Shown here: piece by piece, positions 25,691-36,392 of the stretch
How the letters are laid out: each line of letters opens with the position of its first letter
Position numbering within the stretch: position 1 is the stretch's first letter
Translations under genes and position numbers: made by a program
The notes under the pieces: generated by a model
Seen by the model: the letters and a program-made list of their open reading frames with translations, nothing else
Told to the model about the DNA's origin: nothing
Database searches by the model: none
NCBI GenBank assembly: GCA_023920165.1
Contig: CP089278.1
Coordinates: forward strand, 3,038,001-3,102,000
Direction of reading: 5' to 3'
DNA: 64,000 nucleotides
Source of the DNA: Curvularia clavata
Taxonomy: Eukaryota

Positions 25691-27199
25691 ATGAGTTACC
25701 TCTGGCAGAAGCTCGGGACTCGTGATCTCCATCGCGATGACATGTTGTCTCTCGTCCGTATTCTGCGGGATGTGCCCTTACGTACCGAGGAGCGTTACGA
25801 GCGCAAACAAGAATTTTACAAGAAATTCACCAAGCTAGATATTCAGGATCTCCCGCGTCGCCTACGCGCTTCGGGCCGGCCCTTTGGTCCTTCACACAAT
25901 CTCTGCTCCCTCCATAAAGGCCTAAACGCATACTTAATCAACGACATCTGGGCATGGATTAAGCACGAGTTTGAAGGCGCAGTGGGCGGGTTCCTCTACC
26001 CAATCATCATGTCTGGTATCTTGAACAAAGAGCTGGAGTGGAGCCTGCGTCAAATGGAGCCTGTGCTAGAGATGTGGCGCGAAGATTTCCGACTTGATGC
26101 TTCCCCACCTCCAGGTCGCGAGCCTATCCAGTGTGGAGATAAGTGGTGCTATCAACAAGACCAGTGCCCAACCTGTATGATGGCACGCATCGGCTCCGAT
26201 GAGAAAGTACTCTTTACCCTATTCGCGGGCTTGGTTGGCCGCTTGAGCAGCAAACGTGCAATCAGCGGAGCCAGCGAGGTTCCTTGCTGGAAGAAGTCGG
26301 GCTCTAAACGTGTTCGATTCGTAAAATACTGGCTCGGAAAGACAAACGACGGTCAAACCAATCTTTTCCAAGCTGGTGAGCTCGGCGTACAACTCAGGCG
26401 CTGGACGATCGAGATGACAGAAAGCCCAGAGACTCTGTTTTCAAACTCTGGTACTACAGTGAGCAGCCTGACCGACAACTCGTCAACTGTGATCGACGGA
26501 ATCTCCCGCCCTAAGCAGGACGATTCCAAACTCGGTCCCCTTCCTCGCCCCATTGGAGTGGCACAGCTGACTCCAGCAGAAGACCTGGGATTTAACATCC
26601 CACACGGCCCTCAGTTTCCGGCTCCCGCCTCACCTACCCTCCACCGCAAGATCTCCACCAGCTCCCTCTACTCATCCACGACCCTGAGCCCCAACGACAG
26701 CGTCAGCAGCGTCGGATTTAAGCCCGTGCCCCTGCGTGTGGCCCAAAAGCAATCCCCCAACCTCCCCGACGTCACCGAAAATCCTTACCACTACCCTTGC
26801 ATGCCCACCCCCTCCGCTCAAGACTTCGTCACCAACCCCCCTCCACCCCCGGAAACCATCTTATCCTACACCGGTGGTCCCTCCGAGCGTGAAAACTACA
26901 CTGACCCACTCTCACATCCCATCTATAACGCCTTCGCGCCGCAAGCAGAGGGTATAGAGAAGTATCGTCGTCTCCTAGCTACTAACAAACCGCATACTGC
27001 GCTGCCGGTTCCTAAGCGCACCTCCATGTACTTTTCGTACTGGGATCGTAAGTTCAATGAGGCAGAGTTCGATGAGGTTGACAAGGAGCCGACGAAGGAA
27101 GAAAGGGAGGCTATGGAGAAGCAAGTTAGGGAGGATAAGGGCAACGGGGATGATACGAAGAGTAGCACTACGCAATGGGAGGATCTCTATAGGACATAG
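25691..27199 (+). CDS. Hypothetical protein: N-terminal globular Cys/His domain plus Pro/Ser-rich tail
   Basis: Intronless 502-codon ORF from the ATG at 25691, with LCSLH and CPTC motifs and a disordered C-terminal half. Confidence 0.75.
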   Translation: MSYLWQKLGTRDLHRDDMLSLVRILRDVPLRTEERYERKQEFYKKFTKLDIQDLPRRLRASGRPFGPSHNLCSLHKGLNAYLINDIWAWIKHEFEGAVGGFLYPIIMSGILNKELEWSLRQMEPVLEMWREDFRLDASPPPGREPIQCGDKWCYQQDQCPTCMMARIGSDEKVLFTLFAGLVGRLSSKRAISGASEVPCWKKSGSKRVRFVKYWLGKTNDGQTNLFQAGELGVQLRRWTIEMTESPETLFSNSGTTVSSLTDNSSTVIDGISRPKQDDSKLGPLPRPIGVAQLTPAEDLGFNIPHGPQFPAPASPTLHRKISTSSLYSSTTLSPNDSVSSVGFKPVPLRVAQKQSPNLPDVTENPYHYPCMPTPSAQDFVTNPPPPPETILSYTGGPSERENYTDPLSHPIYNAFAPQAEGIEKYRRLLATNKPHTALPVPKRTSMYFSYWDRKFNEAEFDEVDKEPTKEEREAMEKQVREDKGNGDDTKSSTTQWEDLYRT

Positions 27200-28270
27200 A
27201 GGTTCGGTGTTGCTATTATTTCCTTTGTTTATTTCTTTTGTTCATCTGAAATAGGAGCTAGAGGTTTTATGGAAACTGCTTCACATCTTCTGCTGTGCTT
27301 GTAATATGTGAGGTGTACTGATGTGGTTGTCTGCTATTTCCACTGTGAAGATCGACAAACTCTCTCTCCACCATTTTTTGTCCTTGATTTTGTTATTTCC
27401 GTGTCTCCACGATGACACACAGACTTTGCCGTTACCTACTCGACTACACCAGTATCCCTAAACTAAACCTAAAAAAGCAGATCCGCTTAAGCGATGTAGT
27501 ATCTCGTCTAATGTTACCCGAAAAAGTGCCTAAACCGTTGGCGCAAATCTGCCTTGCAGGGGTTCAAATGCACGACATGTAAGGCAGACTGGCTTGCCAA
27601 ATTAGTTTCATCATTTTTTGCTCTTGTACATCAGGCGTCCTGAGGCGGCAGACAAGCGAGGGAACTAGAGGGGTTGGATTCTTGGTTAAGGCAGGGTGAT
27701 GCGGACATAATAATGGTTCTCCTGTTATAGCTTATCTTTTGAGCTGTCGCATGTGAATGTCGAGTTTGAATTCTTGAAAAGCGTATATTCTCATGCATAC
27801 GATATCTAAAGTTGGTAGTAAAAAAGATACACTGTTTTTCTACATGATACCCTGATAATCTATTCGTACAAAAACGCCTGAACAAAGCAGCAAATGACCT
27901 CCCAAGCCATGTCCCATGCAGCATAATGCAGCAGAAAGGTGAGGAAAAAAAGGGGGGTATCATATGCAGCAGTGGCCCAAAACAAAAAGAGAAACCTCCT
28001 AATCCCATCATATGTTCCACAAAAAATTCCGTCCGTGGAGAGAAAAATGCTTAGACCCACACCCACCCAATAGGCGCCCAGTGTTCATAATATCATAACG
28101 TGTTGTTCATCAAATGGTACTCGGTAGAAAGTGGGACCCCGCAGTATCAACCAGTCCAAGGCAGACACGACGCTGGTCCGATGTTATGTGCCGTCCCGCG
28201 AGGCCCAGCAAACACCAGCACCATCATCTGCCGTGGCACGCCCCCTGTGGAAAGCAAGCGGTGTGTGCAA

Positions 28271-29290
28271 TCAAGCCTGCCTATGAAGATCCTTGGAATT
28301 CCTATCCAACTTCCTGTGCACCGCGCCCATGACCACCTTGAGGATACCCTTTGCAGTTAGTTGCTCGCCCTCTGCGCCGCTAAACGGTACGGTATCCACA
28401 ATGTCACGGAGATCCTCGTCCTGAGCTAGTTCGGCGAGTCCGTCGTCGAGCTGCTTGAGGTGCTCGCGCGCACCGGGCTCCCGGCCAACCTGGAAGAATT
28501 GGATACCGACTTGCCAGGCAGGCGCGTCGAGCTTATCGAGCTTCTTGGCGGTCTGGATAATGGTGGATTCGACATCGTCGGTGGGTTCGCCGTCGGTGAT
28601 GACAATGATGTTGATAGGCTTGGTCTTGTCGTCTTTTTCGTAGCGCTGAAGATAGGGTTTCAAGATTTTGTGCAGGCGCTGGCCGGTTGGTGTGGCGCCA
28701 CTTGGCCGGACGGTTTGGAAAATCTCGATAATGGTGCTGGGAGTTGTGATTCCTTTGTAGAGGCTAGAATCTGGGTGGTTTAGGAAGTAAAGGTCAATTC
28801 CGTCTTCATCGTGTGCGGTGCAGATTGGGGTGATGGTCGCAAGAGCCTCTTGTGTCTCGCGCCATGAGCGGCCAGCCATGGATCCTGAGTCGTCTATGAG
28901 AAATATGGTGTCAAAGCTTCTTAAAAAGGAATAAGGATCAGAGTCTGAAGGCGCCGTAATCGAAGTCGTTTGCAGCGCGCCCGCATTTTCAGCTGGACCT
29001 GGGGTATAAGCTGGTGGAGCATCGTTGTTAGGCCTAGAGGTATTCATGGCTACGTTGTCTTGTAGCTCGTTAGTGTCTAGGACAGGTGGTAAAAGATTTA
29101 AAGTGCTCTTACTTGGCCTTCGTGTTGGCGACGAAGGAGCAAACGGAGCGATGTTAGGATATTCAGCTCTCTTAGAGCCAACTGGCGCAGCTCTGAGTGC
29201 ATCGTTTCGCGCCTGACCTGCGCCTGAATGATCGCTACTCGAAGTCGATGACTTGCGCGTTGAGAATGCTCTTTTAACTTTATCGAACAT
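28271..29290 (-). CDS. von Willebrand factor type A (vWA) domain protein
   Basis: MIDAS motif FLIDDSGSM, GATPTG, IIVITDGEP and GIQFFQVG; N-terminal PPAY motif. Confidence 0.9.
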   Translation of the reverse strand: MFDKVKRAFSTRKSSTSSSDHSGAGQARNDALRAAPVGSKRAEYPNIAPFAPSSPTRRPSKSTLNLLPPVLDTNELQDNVAMNTSRPNNDAPPAYTPGPAENAGALQTTSITAPSDSDPYSFLRSFDTIFLIDDSGSMAGRSWRETQEALATITPICTAHDEDGIDLYFLNHPDSSLYKGITTPSTIIEIFQTVRPSGATPTGQRLHKILKPYLQRYEKDDKTKPINIIVITDGEPTDDVESTIIQTAKKLDKLDAPAWQVGIQFFQVGREPGAREHLKQLDDGLAELAQDEDLRDIVDTVPFSGAEGEQLTAKGILKVVMGAVHRKLDRNSKDLHRQA

Positions 29291-30100
29291 ATTTCTTTGT
29301 TGAAAGGGTGACTGGGGGTGGTTATAGAAAGAGGAATGATTTGAAGAGTTCGTAAAACTTCTGCAGTAGTGGGAAGTAAGTGGCAATGACATTGTGCGTA
29401 AGCCAGACGTGGCAAGCCCCTAAAAGCAATCGGCTGAGATTGGTCGGTGCTTCCGAAATGGTAGAGTTGTGTGTAAAGAGCCAGTGTTTGTGCTATCCAT
29501 TGTTTCAATGTACAGACTTATATTATTGAGGTCCAAATCAGCGCTCTGCCTTGTGTGAGCCCTAGATGAATGTGTATCATGTAGCAGCGAATAAAGCCTG
29601 GGTTTTTTCAATAAATGTGCCCGTGAGCTGAGGTTTCTTTTACACTATGCTCAGCCCAGTAGCACACAGCCACACTCTCCTGTAACTTCTGACCAATCAC
29701 AGCAACTGCACAGCCGAGCTCACGAGCAACCATCGTGACCTTTGGAATTTCTTCAGAGCAGTACAATTGCTCATCCGAAATTATGATTTTGCTATTCGAA
29801 TCATGTGTGAACCACTCCACCGAGCATAACTGGCTGTGGAGAGCAGTTGTACCAGACTGTTAGTACCGAGTACAAAGTTCCCCTCTTTCCAGCATGCGAA
29901 GGAACAAGGCGTATTTCAAGGCGGGGTAGGTTTTCTCACTTTAACATCTGATACGCACGTGCCTTCAGGGTAGGAAGAAGTAGTGAGTTCGAGGCGCCCA
30001 GGCAGCCCGATGGCGCAGGCACATTCCCAGCAAAGATAGGGCTGTACTACCTAGCTCATAAGCGCCAGGTGTAGATGCTCAAACTGAGGCCTTATGGGCC

Positions 30101-31408
30101 TCAGCAGGCTCTAGTCCCTTGTGACGTGCTTCCCGGATTCCAGTCTCTATCCCTAGCCATGAACATGTCCCTTACCGCTGTGTGTCTAGTCAGGCAGTTA
30201 CTCGCTATGCCCGGGGGTCCTTTTCGCGGAACACCATTGCTTAGCAGCCGGTTACCCGTCAAAGATCTTGGATGAGCCCACACGACAGGTCTCTTCGCCA
30301 GTTGCCAGGCATATTCATTACGATGCGCGTTCCAACAATCTATGCAAATCCCAACGTCTTGACTACCAGCGTCTAAGCTAAGCTGGCTCTGGACAAGGTC
30401 AAGGAGTGGGAGCAACCGTGATCGTAGCCCGCAGTGTGCATGGTTGCTATCGACCTGGTAATTTGAGCATTGCCGAAGTGACGACAGGAGTCGATCAATG
30501 TCTCCAAGATAGTACGTTGGCTCGGTGTTGTCGTAAATCTTGCCTTGCAGGCGCACAGTGTCGATCTTGCAGAAAAAGCGAACCATTTCTCCGAGTTGAA
30601 AAGAATCGCACTGGACTGATGTGTCATAACCAAGCTTGCATTGCCGCTCTCCGGACGTATACAGCTTGAGAAAGTGCGACTGCAGGGAGTTGATCGTCTC
30701 CAGAATGTACTCTCGCCGCTGAATTAGCTCGTCCTCGACTCCATTCGGCATGTCCCACCACAGTGCCTTTGTATGGTCCTCCTCTGTGCCTGGTTGCCAT
30801 TGCACAGAGTCCCGTATTATCAGATACTTCGAGTATCGCATTACCCAGGGTGGGTGGTCGAAAAGCAGCCCGACAAACAGCTTCTGTCGTACTCTTTCTT
30901 CTGTCTGTGCTGTGCTTGGTTTGCCTCTGGATTTGGCATCGAGGATTTGCAGAAACTTCTTCTTCTGGACGTATTTCGAGAGGCACGCGACGGCATCAAA
31001 ACGGTCGGCCACGACGGCGAGGTTGGCCAGGTTGGGGACGGGAGGGTTCGACACAGCAAGGTCCAAGCCATGGATGGCGCGGAGAAAGTCTGCAAGTAGG
31101 TTTCGGATGGAAGAGGCTTTGGCCACTGCCACTCGACCAACATTAACGATGGATATGTGAGGAAGCACATCTTCAGGTGCATCGCCGATATTTTCATGTC
31201 CGCTCAGCCTGAGGGCCTCCAGCGCCTTTGCAAGCTGCTGCCCCTCATGGAATCGCTGACTGAGCAGATTCTCGAAATATCGTGAGTTTTGTTGGAGGAC
31301 TTTGGAGTCGACGCGGTACGAAAAGCGCTGTCCTCCCTCCTCTTGGGCGACGTCAAGGATGAGATCGCCCCCGGCTGCTATCACTAGCAGCCCTTCCTCG
31401 TCCGACAT
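30101..31408 (-). CDS. BTB/POZ-like domain protein (fungal hypothetical)
   Basis: GDLILDV...YRVDSKVLQQNSRYFENLL and LANLAVVADRFD, typical of fungal BTB proteins; C-terminal CDSFQLGE and HAHCG motifs. Confidence 0.75.
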   Translation of the reverse strand: MSDEEGLLVIAAGGDLILDVAQEEGGQRFSYRVDSKVLQQNSRYFENLLSQRFHEGQQLAKALEALRLSGHENIGDAPEDVLPHISIVNVGRVAVAKASSIRNLLADFLRAIHGLDLAVSNPPVPNLANLAVVADRFDAVACLSKYVQKKKFLQILDAKSRGKPSTAQTEERVRQKLFVGLLFDHPPWVMRYSKYLIIRDSVQWQPGTEEDHTKALWWDMPNGVEDELIQRREYILETINSLQSHFLKLYTSGERQCKLGYDTSVQCDSFQLGEMVRFFCKIDTVRLQGKIYDNTEPTYYLGDIDRLLSSLRQCSNYQVDSNHAHCGLRSRLLPLLDLVQSQLSLDAGSQDVGICIDCWNAHRNEYAWQLAKRPVVWAHPRSLTGNRLLSNGVPRKGPPGIASNCLTRHTAVRDMFMARDRDWNPGSTSQGTRAC

Positions 31409-32156
31409 GGTTCAGGTGTAACTTTGTAACTCTCAGAGCGTATTCCCTCATGGGTATGGCCAGAACATAATTACTAATGGATGGCGACTTGGTTTCCGGG
31501 TTGGTGGACAAGGTTGAGCACTGAGGCCACACAGCCCGGAGGCGGAAACCCTGTCGGCGAGCAGACCAATCACAGGATGCGCGAGCGCGAGAAGTGGCGT
31601 CGGCTGCCTTGGGCGAGGCAGTTTACATACTCCTCCTACACACCACCATCTCGCACCGCCTCTCCACCCCTGGTGTTGCTTCTGGGTTTCAGCAGACGAC
31701 TTGGTCACTAAGCTTGTTGCATTGATCATGTTGGCGTTCGGTCGTTCGAGTACAGACATCACGTGCAGCACTGGATTGAGAAATAAGAGTATTATTTATA
31801 TTGTATCGTATTGATACGTCCTTGATGCCAGCGGCAAGCAAAGACAAGAGACTTCTGTCCACAGACAGACACATCTAACATAGGAAATATGCAAACTCCG
31901 TGCCGCATGCCGGGTATCTTCCTATGCGCAAAGGCTATGAATCAAACACGATACAGAAACGCTCAACCAAGGAGACGGCGACCTGACCACCTTGGTACGG
32001 CCGATAATTATGGTCGCTCGCTCGAACAAAAGAAAATCGTAAATCGACTGTAATGGCGATATCGCTGCCATGGACGTGCCGGCTGTTGTCGACACCGGGA
32101 ACCCGATATGCGCTAGTTTAGCTGGACAGCCCCGTCCGGCGTGACTGCGTGCTAGC

Positions 32157-32514
32157 CTATCGCATACGGCGGCTAGGGAGCTTCATGCGCATCCACTCGT
32201 CGCCGACTATCGCATGGCCGACCCGCGAGTCGTAGAACTGGCGCTGGCGATGGGCGCGCTCAACGTGCGTGAGACGATGCCTATGCACCCTGCCTTTGGA
32301 GTCACGAACATATTCGTACTTTTCCTCGCCCTGGAGAGTCGTTAGTATCATGCTCTTCAAGAGACGAGGTACAAGAGGCGTGACTTACAATAATGGACCA
32401 TATTTGCTGCTCCTCTGGGTTCATGCGACAGTAGTAGGTTGGTCGTGGAAGAGGCTTTTCGCCACTCAGTCGACTTGATATGCTGTCTACGCTGGAACGG
32501 ATGGATAGGACCAT
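32157..32514 (-). CDS. Small basic hypothetical protein (99 aa); intron 32331-32388
   Basis: accATG start. A GTAAGT..ACTAAC..CAG intron joins MVLSIRSS...WSII to GEEKYEYVRD...SRRMR in frame. Confidence 0.65.
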
Positions 32515-34901
32515 GGTGAGGGTGTTCAAGGCGCGACGCCGTTGCGGTTCTTTGTCGGACGTGGGGGTCGGTGACAGGAATGCTCGCCGCGGACGGCTTC
32601 TGGTGTGCGTTACCAGACGAGCTTCACAGTTGTGTTGTTGTGGAAGTTGTCGATGGAGTAACAAAGGGAAGGGGTGACAGAAGAACAAAGAAGGATCAAG
32701 AAGAGAAAAGGTTGATGCAAGATAGTGCACAATGTTGAGGAATGACCCGTAGTTTGCCCCACGATGGCTGGAAACGGCAGAGGTTTTATTCGCGCACCTC
32801 GGAGAGCGAAACCGGCAATGTGTGGGCACTGTGTGGGAACCGCGGTCCGCTGGCGACGTTTGGCCCTCCACCCACTGAGCGAGGGAATACAAGATATATC
32901 TGACGAAACAGCCAAGCCAAGAGCGGAATCCAGGAGCAATCCGGGGCATCATGGGGACGCCCCCAGTGAACTCAAAAGTAATTGCGCCTACCGCACTACG
33001 CGGCTGGTTGAAAAGCTTCCAAGCCACGCCGAGAAAGGCCAGTCCGCAGCGCAACTGACCTCCGCCGTCCACATCCAACCACAAGGCTGCAGATCAAAGT
33101 ACAACGACGCACAGTGCTTGTTGAAGCGTCACATCACTGTGTTGCGCGCTGCTTGGCTAACCAAGCAACGCGGCCAACTTGCGCGGCGCCCAGCCAAGGC
33201 GGAGGCTTGTCGCGACAGAGAAGAGGTCGAGTACCACCTTAAGTAAACCAACACGCACTGCGTCTGAGGCGCAATCTACAGATCGGCATGTCCAAGACAC
33301 TTGGCGGGGGATCGACAGGTCTATGTGCCCCTTGCGTCAAAGCATCGCGGGACTTTGGGGGTGCGAGTGGGATAGAGATCATCACAAGGCTGCGCAGGAC
33401 AGGTTAGACGGTACGCCATCCCACGCGCCCATTACAGACGCCTCGATACCTCACTGTGCGGGAGGTGCCCAGTGTTGGATATGCTCATTACACGCAGTAT
33501 CATCATCTAAGCTGTCTTGGGCAGCCTATTAAACTTTGACAAGTCTGCCTCTGAGACATGGTGACACCCGTCCATGGGGGACGATATCACGCCCTTTTCC
33601 CCAGGAACGGCCATCGGAGTCCCCTTGACGCCGACATTCTTGCACAGTTTCGTAATCATGCGTTATTCCAAGCCTTCAGGCGTGTTTCTAGCGGACCAAG
33701 CCATGTGCGCAGCTACCCGGGCCGCACCACTGTGCTTACTTTTGCTCAACAGTACGTTCCGCCAGACGCGTGCTGATAGGAACACGATTGCTGCACGCCA
33801 GCGAATCATCGGCGGACTACACGTTAGCACTCAGCCGCCGTCGGGCACTAGAGGGAAGCTAGATTGGACTATATTGGATGGTTTCATTCAAACGCCTATC
33901 CAGCTTCCCATGGGAGACAGTCTTACAGTTCCACAGTTGTGTTTTCTAGGCACGCATCAATGAGCAAATGGCCAAGCACGGAAATCCGTTCAAAGCGAGA
34001 TTACGTAGCAGAAGAAAGCAAACGACGTTTTCCAGAAGCTGCCGTCATGGCTTCGTCTTACATTCAGCCAGAGGGAAGGCCAAGGCGGAAACGAATGCTC
34101 CCTTCGACTTCGATGTAACCATATTTTCGTTTGCATTTTCTTACGCTTGTCGTGGCATGGCTTGCTTCGCTTCTAAATACCTAGGACTGCAATATGGGGT
34201 CAATATGTTGTACTTGTCGCAAAATACCACGCAGTTGCAGTTGACTGGACGACTGATGGCCCCTGACGTTGACTATTCAGTGGACGACTACGATGAGAAA
34301 CAGGCGATCTAGACTCTTCTATTGGCGAGCCTTGACTTGACCTGTGCAGGAGTCATGGCCTACCCGTATTGAGCACAAGGGATGCTTTCCGCTTGACCCG
34401 TGTTGTCGCTTCCCACTGTCGCTCGCTCTTCACTGCAGCTTTCCGATGTCACTTTTGGCCTGTAAACTCTCACAGTGGCCTTGGAATTTGGGAGTGAGAC
34501 GGTTGCAAGTGGCATGTATTGTCCGCACGTTGCTGTTATATCCTAATGGCCCCTCTCGGTGAAGTTCCATCCAATTCTCGTCCAAGTGTCTGAGCGTCTT
34601 GCCAAGGTGATATGCTGAGCACATGGCCCGCAAATCAATTCTCTCTTCAATCTATAGACCATCTTGCATGTTTCAGCAGACCTGTCTTTCTACCGGACTA
34701 TAAAGTAAAAAAATATATTGAGTTGCCAATTCTTCAGAGAACCACAGTGACGACAAGCATAGCATTATATAAAATTTGCCAAGATCGACATGTGTACGCA
34801 AAGAGATCGTCCGAGAATAATGCTCAGTGTTGTTCGCTTCGAGAGGAGACAAAGTTCGGCATAAGATGGATAGCAGTAAGCTTGTGGTCGGCAGATGGCG
34901 G

Positions 34902-34911
34902 CCGACGTCGG
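34902..34911. promoter_or_regulatory. Putative Leu3/LeuB binding site CCG-N4-CGG
   Basis: Perfect palindrome CCGACGTCGG about 130 bp upstream of the LEU2 ATG. Confidence 0.55.
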
Positions 34912-35041
34912 AGGGGTCTGCTATGGCGGGGCTCACCTACATACATACTTCGTGGGGTAGCTTCCGCACTTTTCTGACCAAACCCGTGTGCGCCGTCCTT
35001 TTTCTCCTTTCAAAAAAAGTATATACACACTTACAGACAGA

Positions 35042-36392
35042 ATGCCTTCTCACAACATTGTCGTTCTCGCTGGTAAGTTGCAGTGTTCGAACTATACATC
35101 ACGGTACTAATTTGCGCATAGGCGATGGCGTCGGCCCTGAGGTAACAACGGAACCCACGCGTTCCCTCTGCAATTACTCACTAAGATTTTTAGGTCGTTG
35201 CCGAAGCGATCAAGATCCTCAAGGTCATTGAAAAGCACACCGACAATACCTTCAACTTCCAAGAGCATCTATTCGGTGGTGTACGTTGGCAGCCATGACG
35301 TAACGTTGGGAACGGACACTTACATCTCACAGTGCTCAATAGACGCGCACAACAACCCTCTTACAGACGAGACACTTGCAGCTGCAAAGAGCGCTGACGC
35401 CATCATCCTCGGCGCTGTTGGCGGTCCGGTACGTGCATGTGTATTTCAATTGAGCGACGAAATCTAACAAATGATGTAGAAATGGGGCACAGGAAAGGTA
35501 CGCCCTGAACAGGGTATCCTCAAACTCCGCAAGGAACTCGGCACGTTCGGAAACCTGCGACCATGTTTCTTCGCCTCTGACTCGCTCGTCGACTCATCGC
35601 CTCTCAAAGCCGACAATGTACGCGGCGTAAACTTCAACATCATCCGCGAATTGACTGGTGGCATATACTTTGGTGATAGGAAAGAAGATGAGGGCGATGG
35701 CAAGGCAATGGATACTGAGCCGTACAGCGTCGAAGAGATTGAGCGCGTCGTGCGCCTGGCCGGCAACCTCGCCTCTGTTGAGAACCCGCCGGTGCCAGTA
35801 TGGAGTCTGGACAAGGCCAACGTGCTTGCCACATCAAGACTCTGGAGGAAGACATTCGAGCGCATCATGAAGGACGAGTACCCGCATCTCAAGTCGGGCA
35901 CCCACCTGATTGACTCTGCGGCTATGCTCATGATTAAGAACCCACGTGCGCTGAACGGTGTTGTTGTCACAAGCAATCTGTTCGGTGACATCATCAGCGA
36001 CGAAGCAAGCGTCATCCCAGGCAGTTTGGGTCTGCTACCCAGCGCCAGCTTGGGCGGCATTCCAGACGGCAAGACGAAGCTCAACGGCATCTACGAGCCC
36101 ATTCACGGTAAGCCCCTTCACTACCCCCTAACTTGCGTCTTGCTCACAAGCTGTAGGTTCCGCACCAGACATTGCCGGACAAGGCATCGTCAACCCCATT
36201 GCCACCGTCCTCTCCGTAAGCATGATGTTCAAGTACTCTCTGTGCCAGCCAGAGCTTGCGCAAAAGATTGACGAGGCGACTAAAATCGCTATCGACAATG
36301 GTGTCCGGACCGCCGATATCGGCGGAAAGTCGAGTACCAGCGAAGTCGGCGACGCGATAGCCGCTGAACTGGAGAAGTTGCTGAAGAAGTAG
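35042..36392 (+). CDS. LEU2: 3-isopropylmalate dehydrogenase, 6 exons
   Basis: [57 protein letters not shown] and [13 protein letters not shown]. Introns 35073-35121, 35142-35193, 35281-35332, 35429-35479 and 36108-36156 are all canonical. Confidence 0.97.

Noticed and set aside
32520..35000. Multiple short ORFs between the 99-aa gene and LEU2
   Set aside because: No recognisable domains or consistent exon structure; treated as divergent promoter/UTR sequence.
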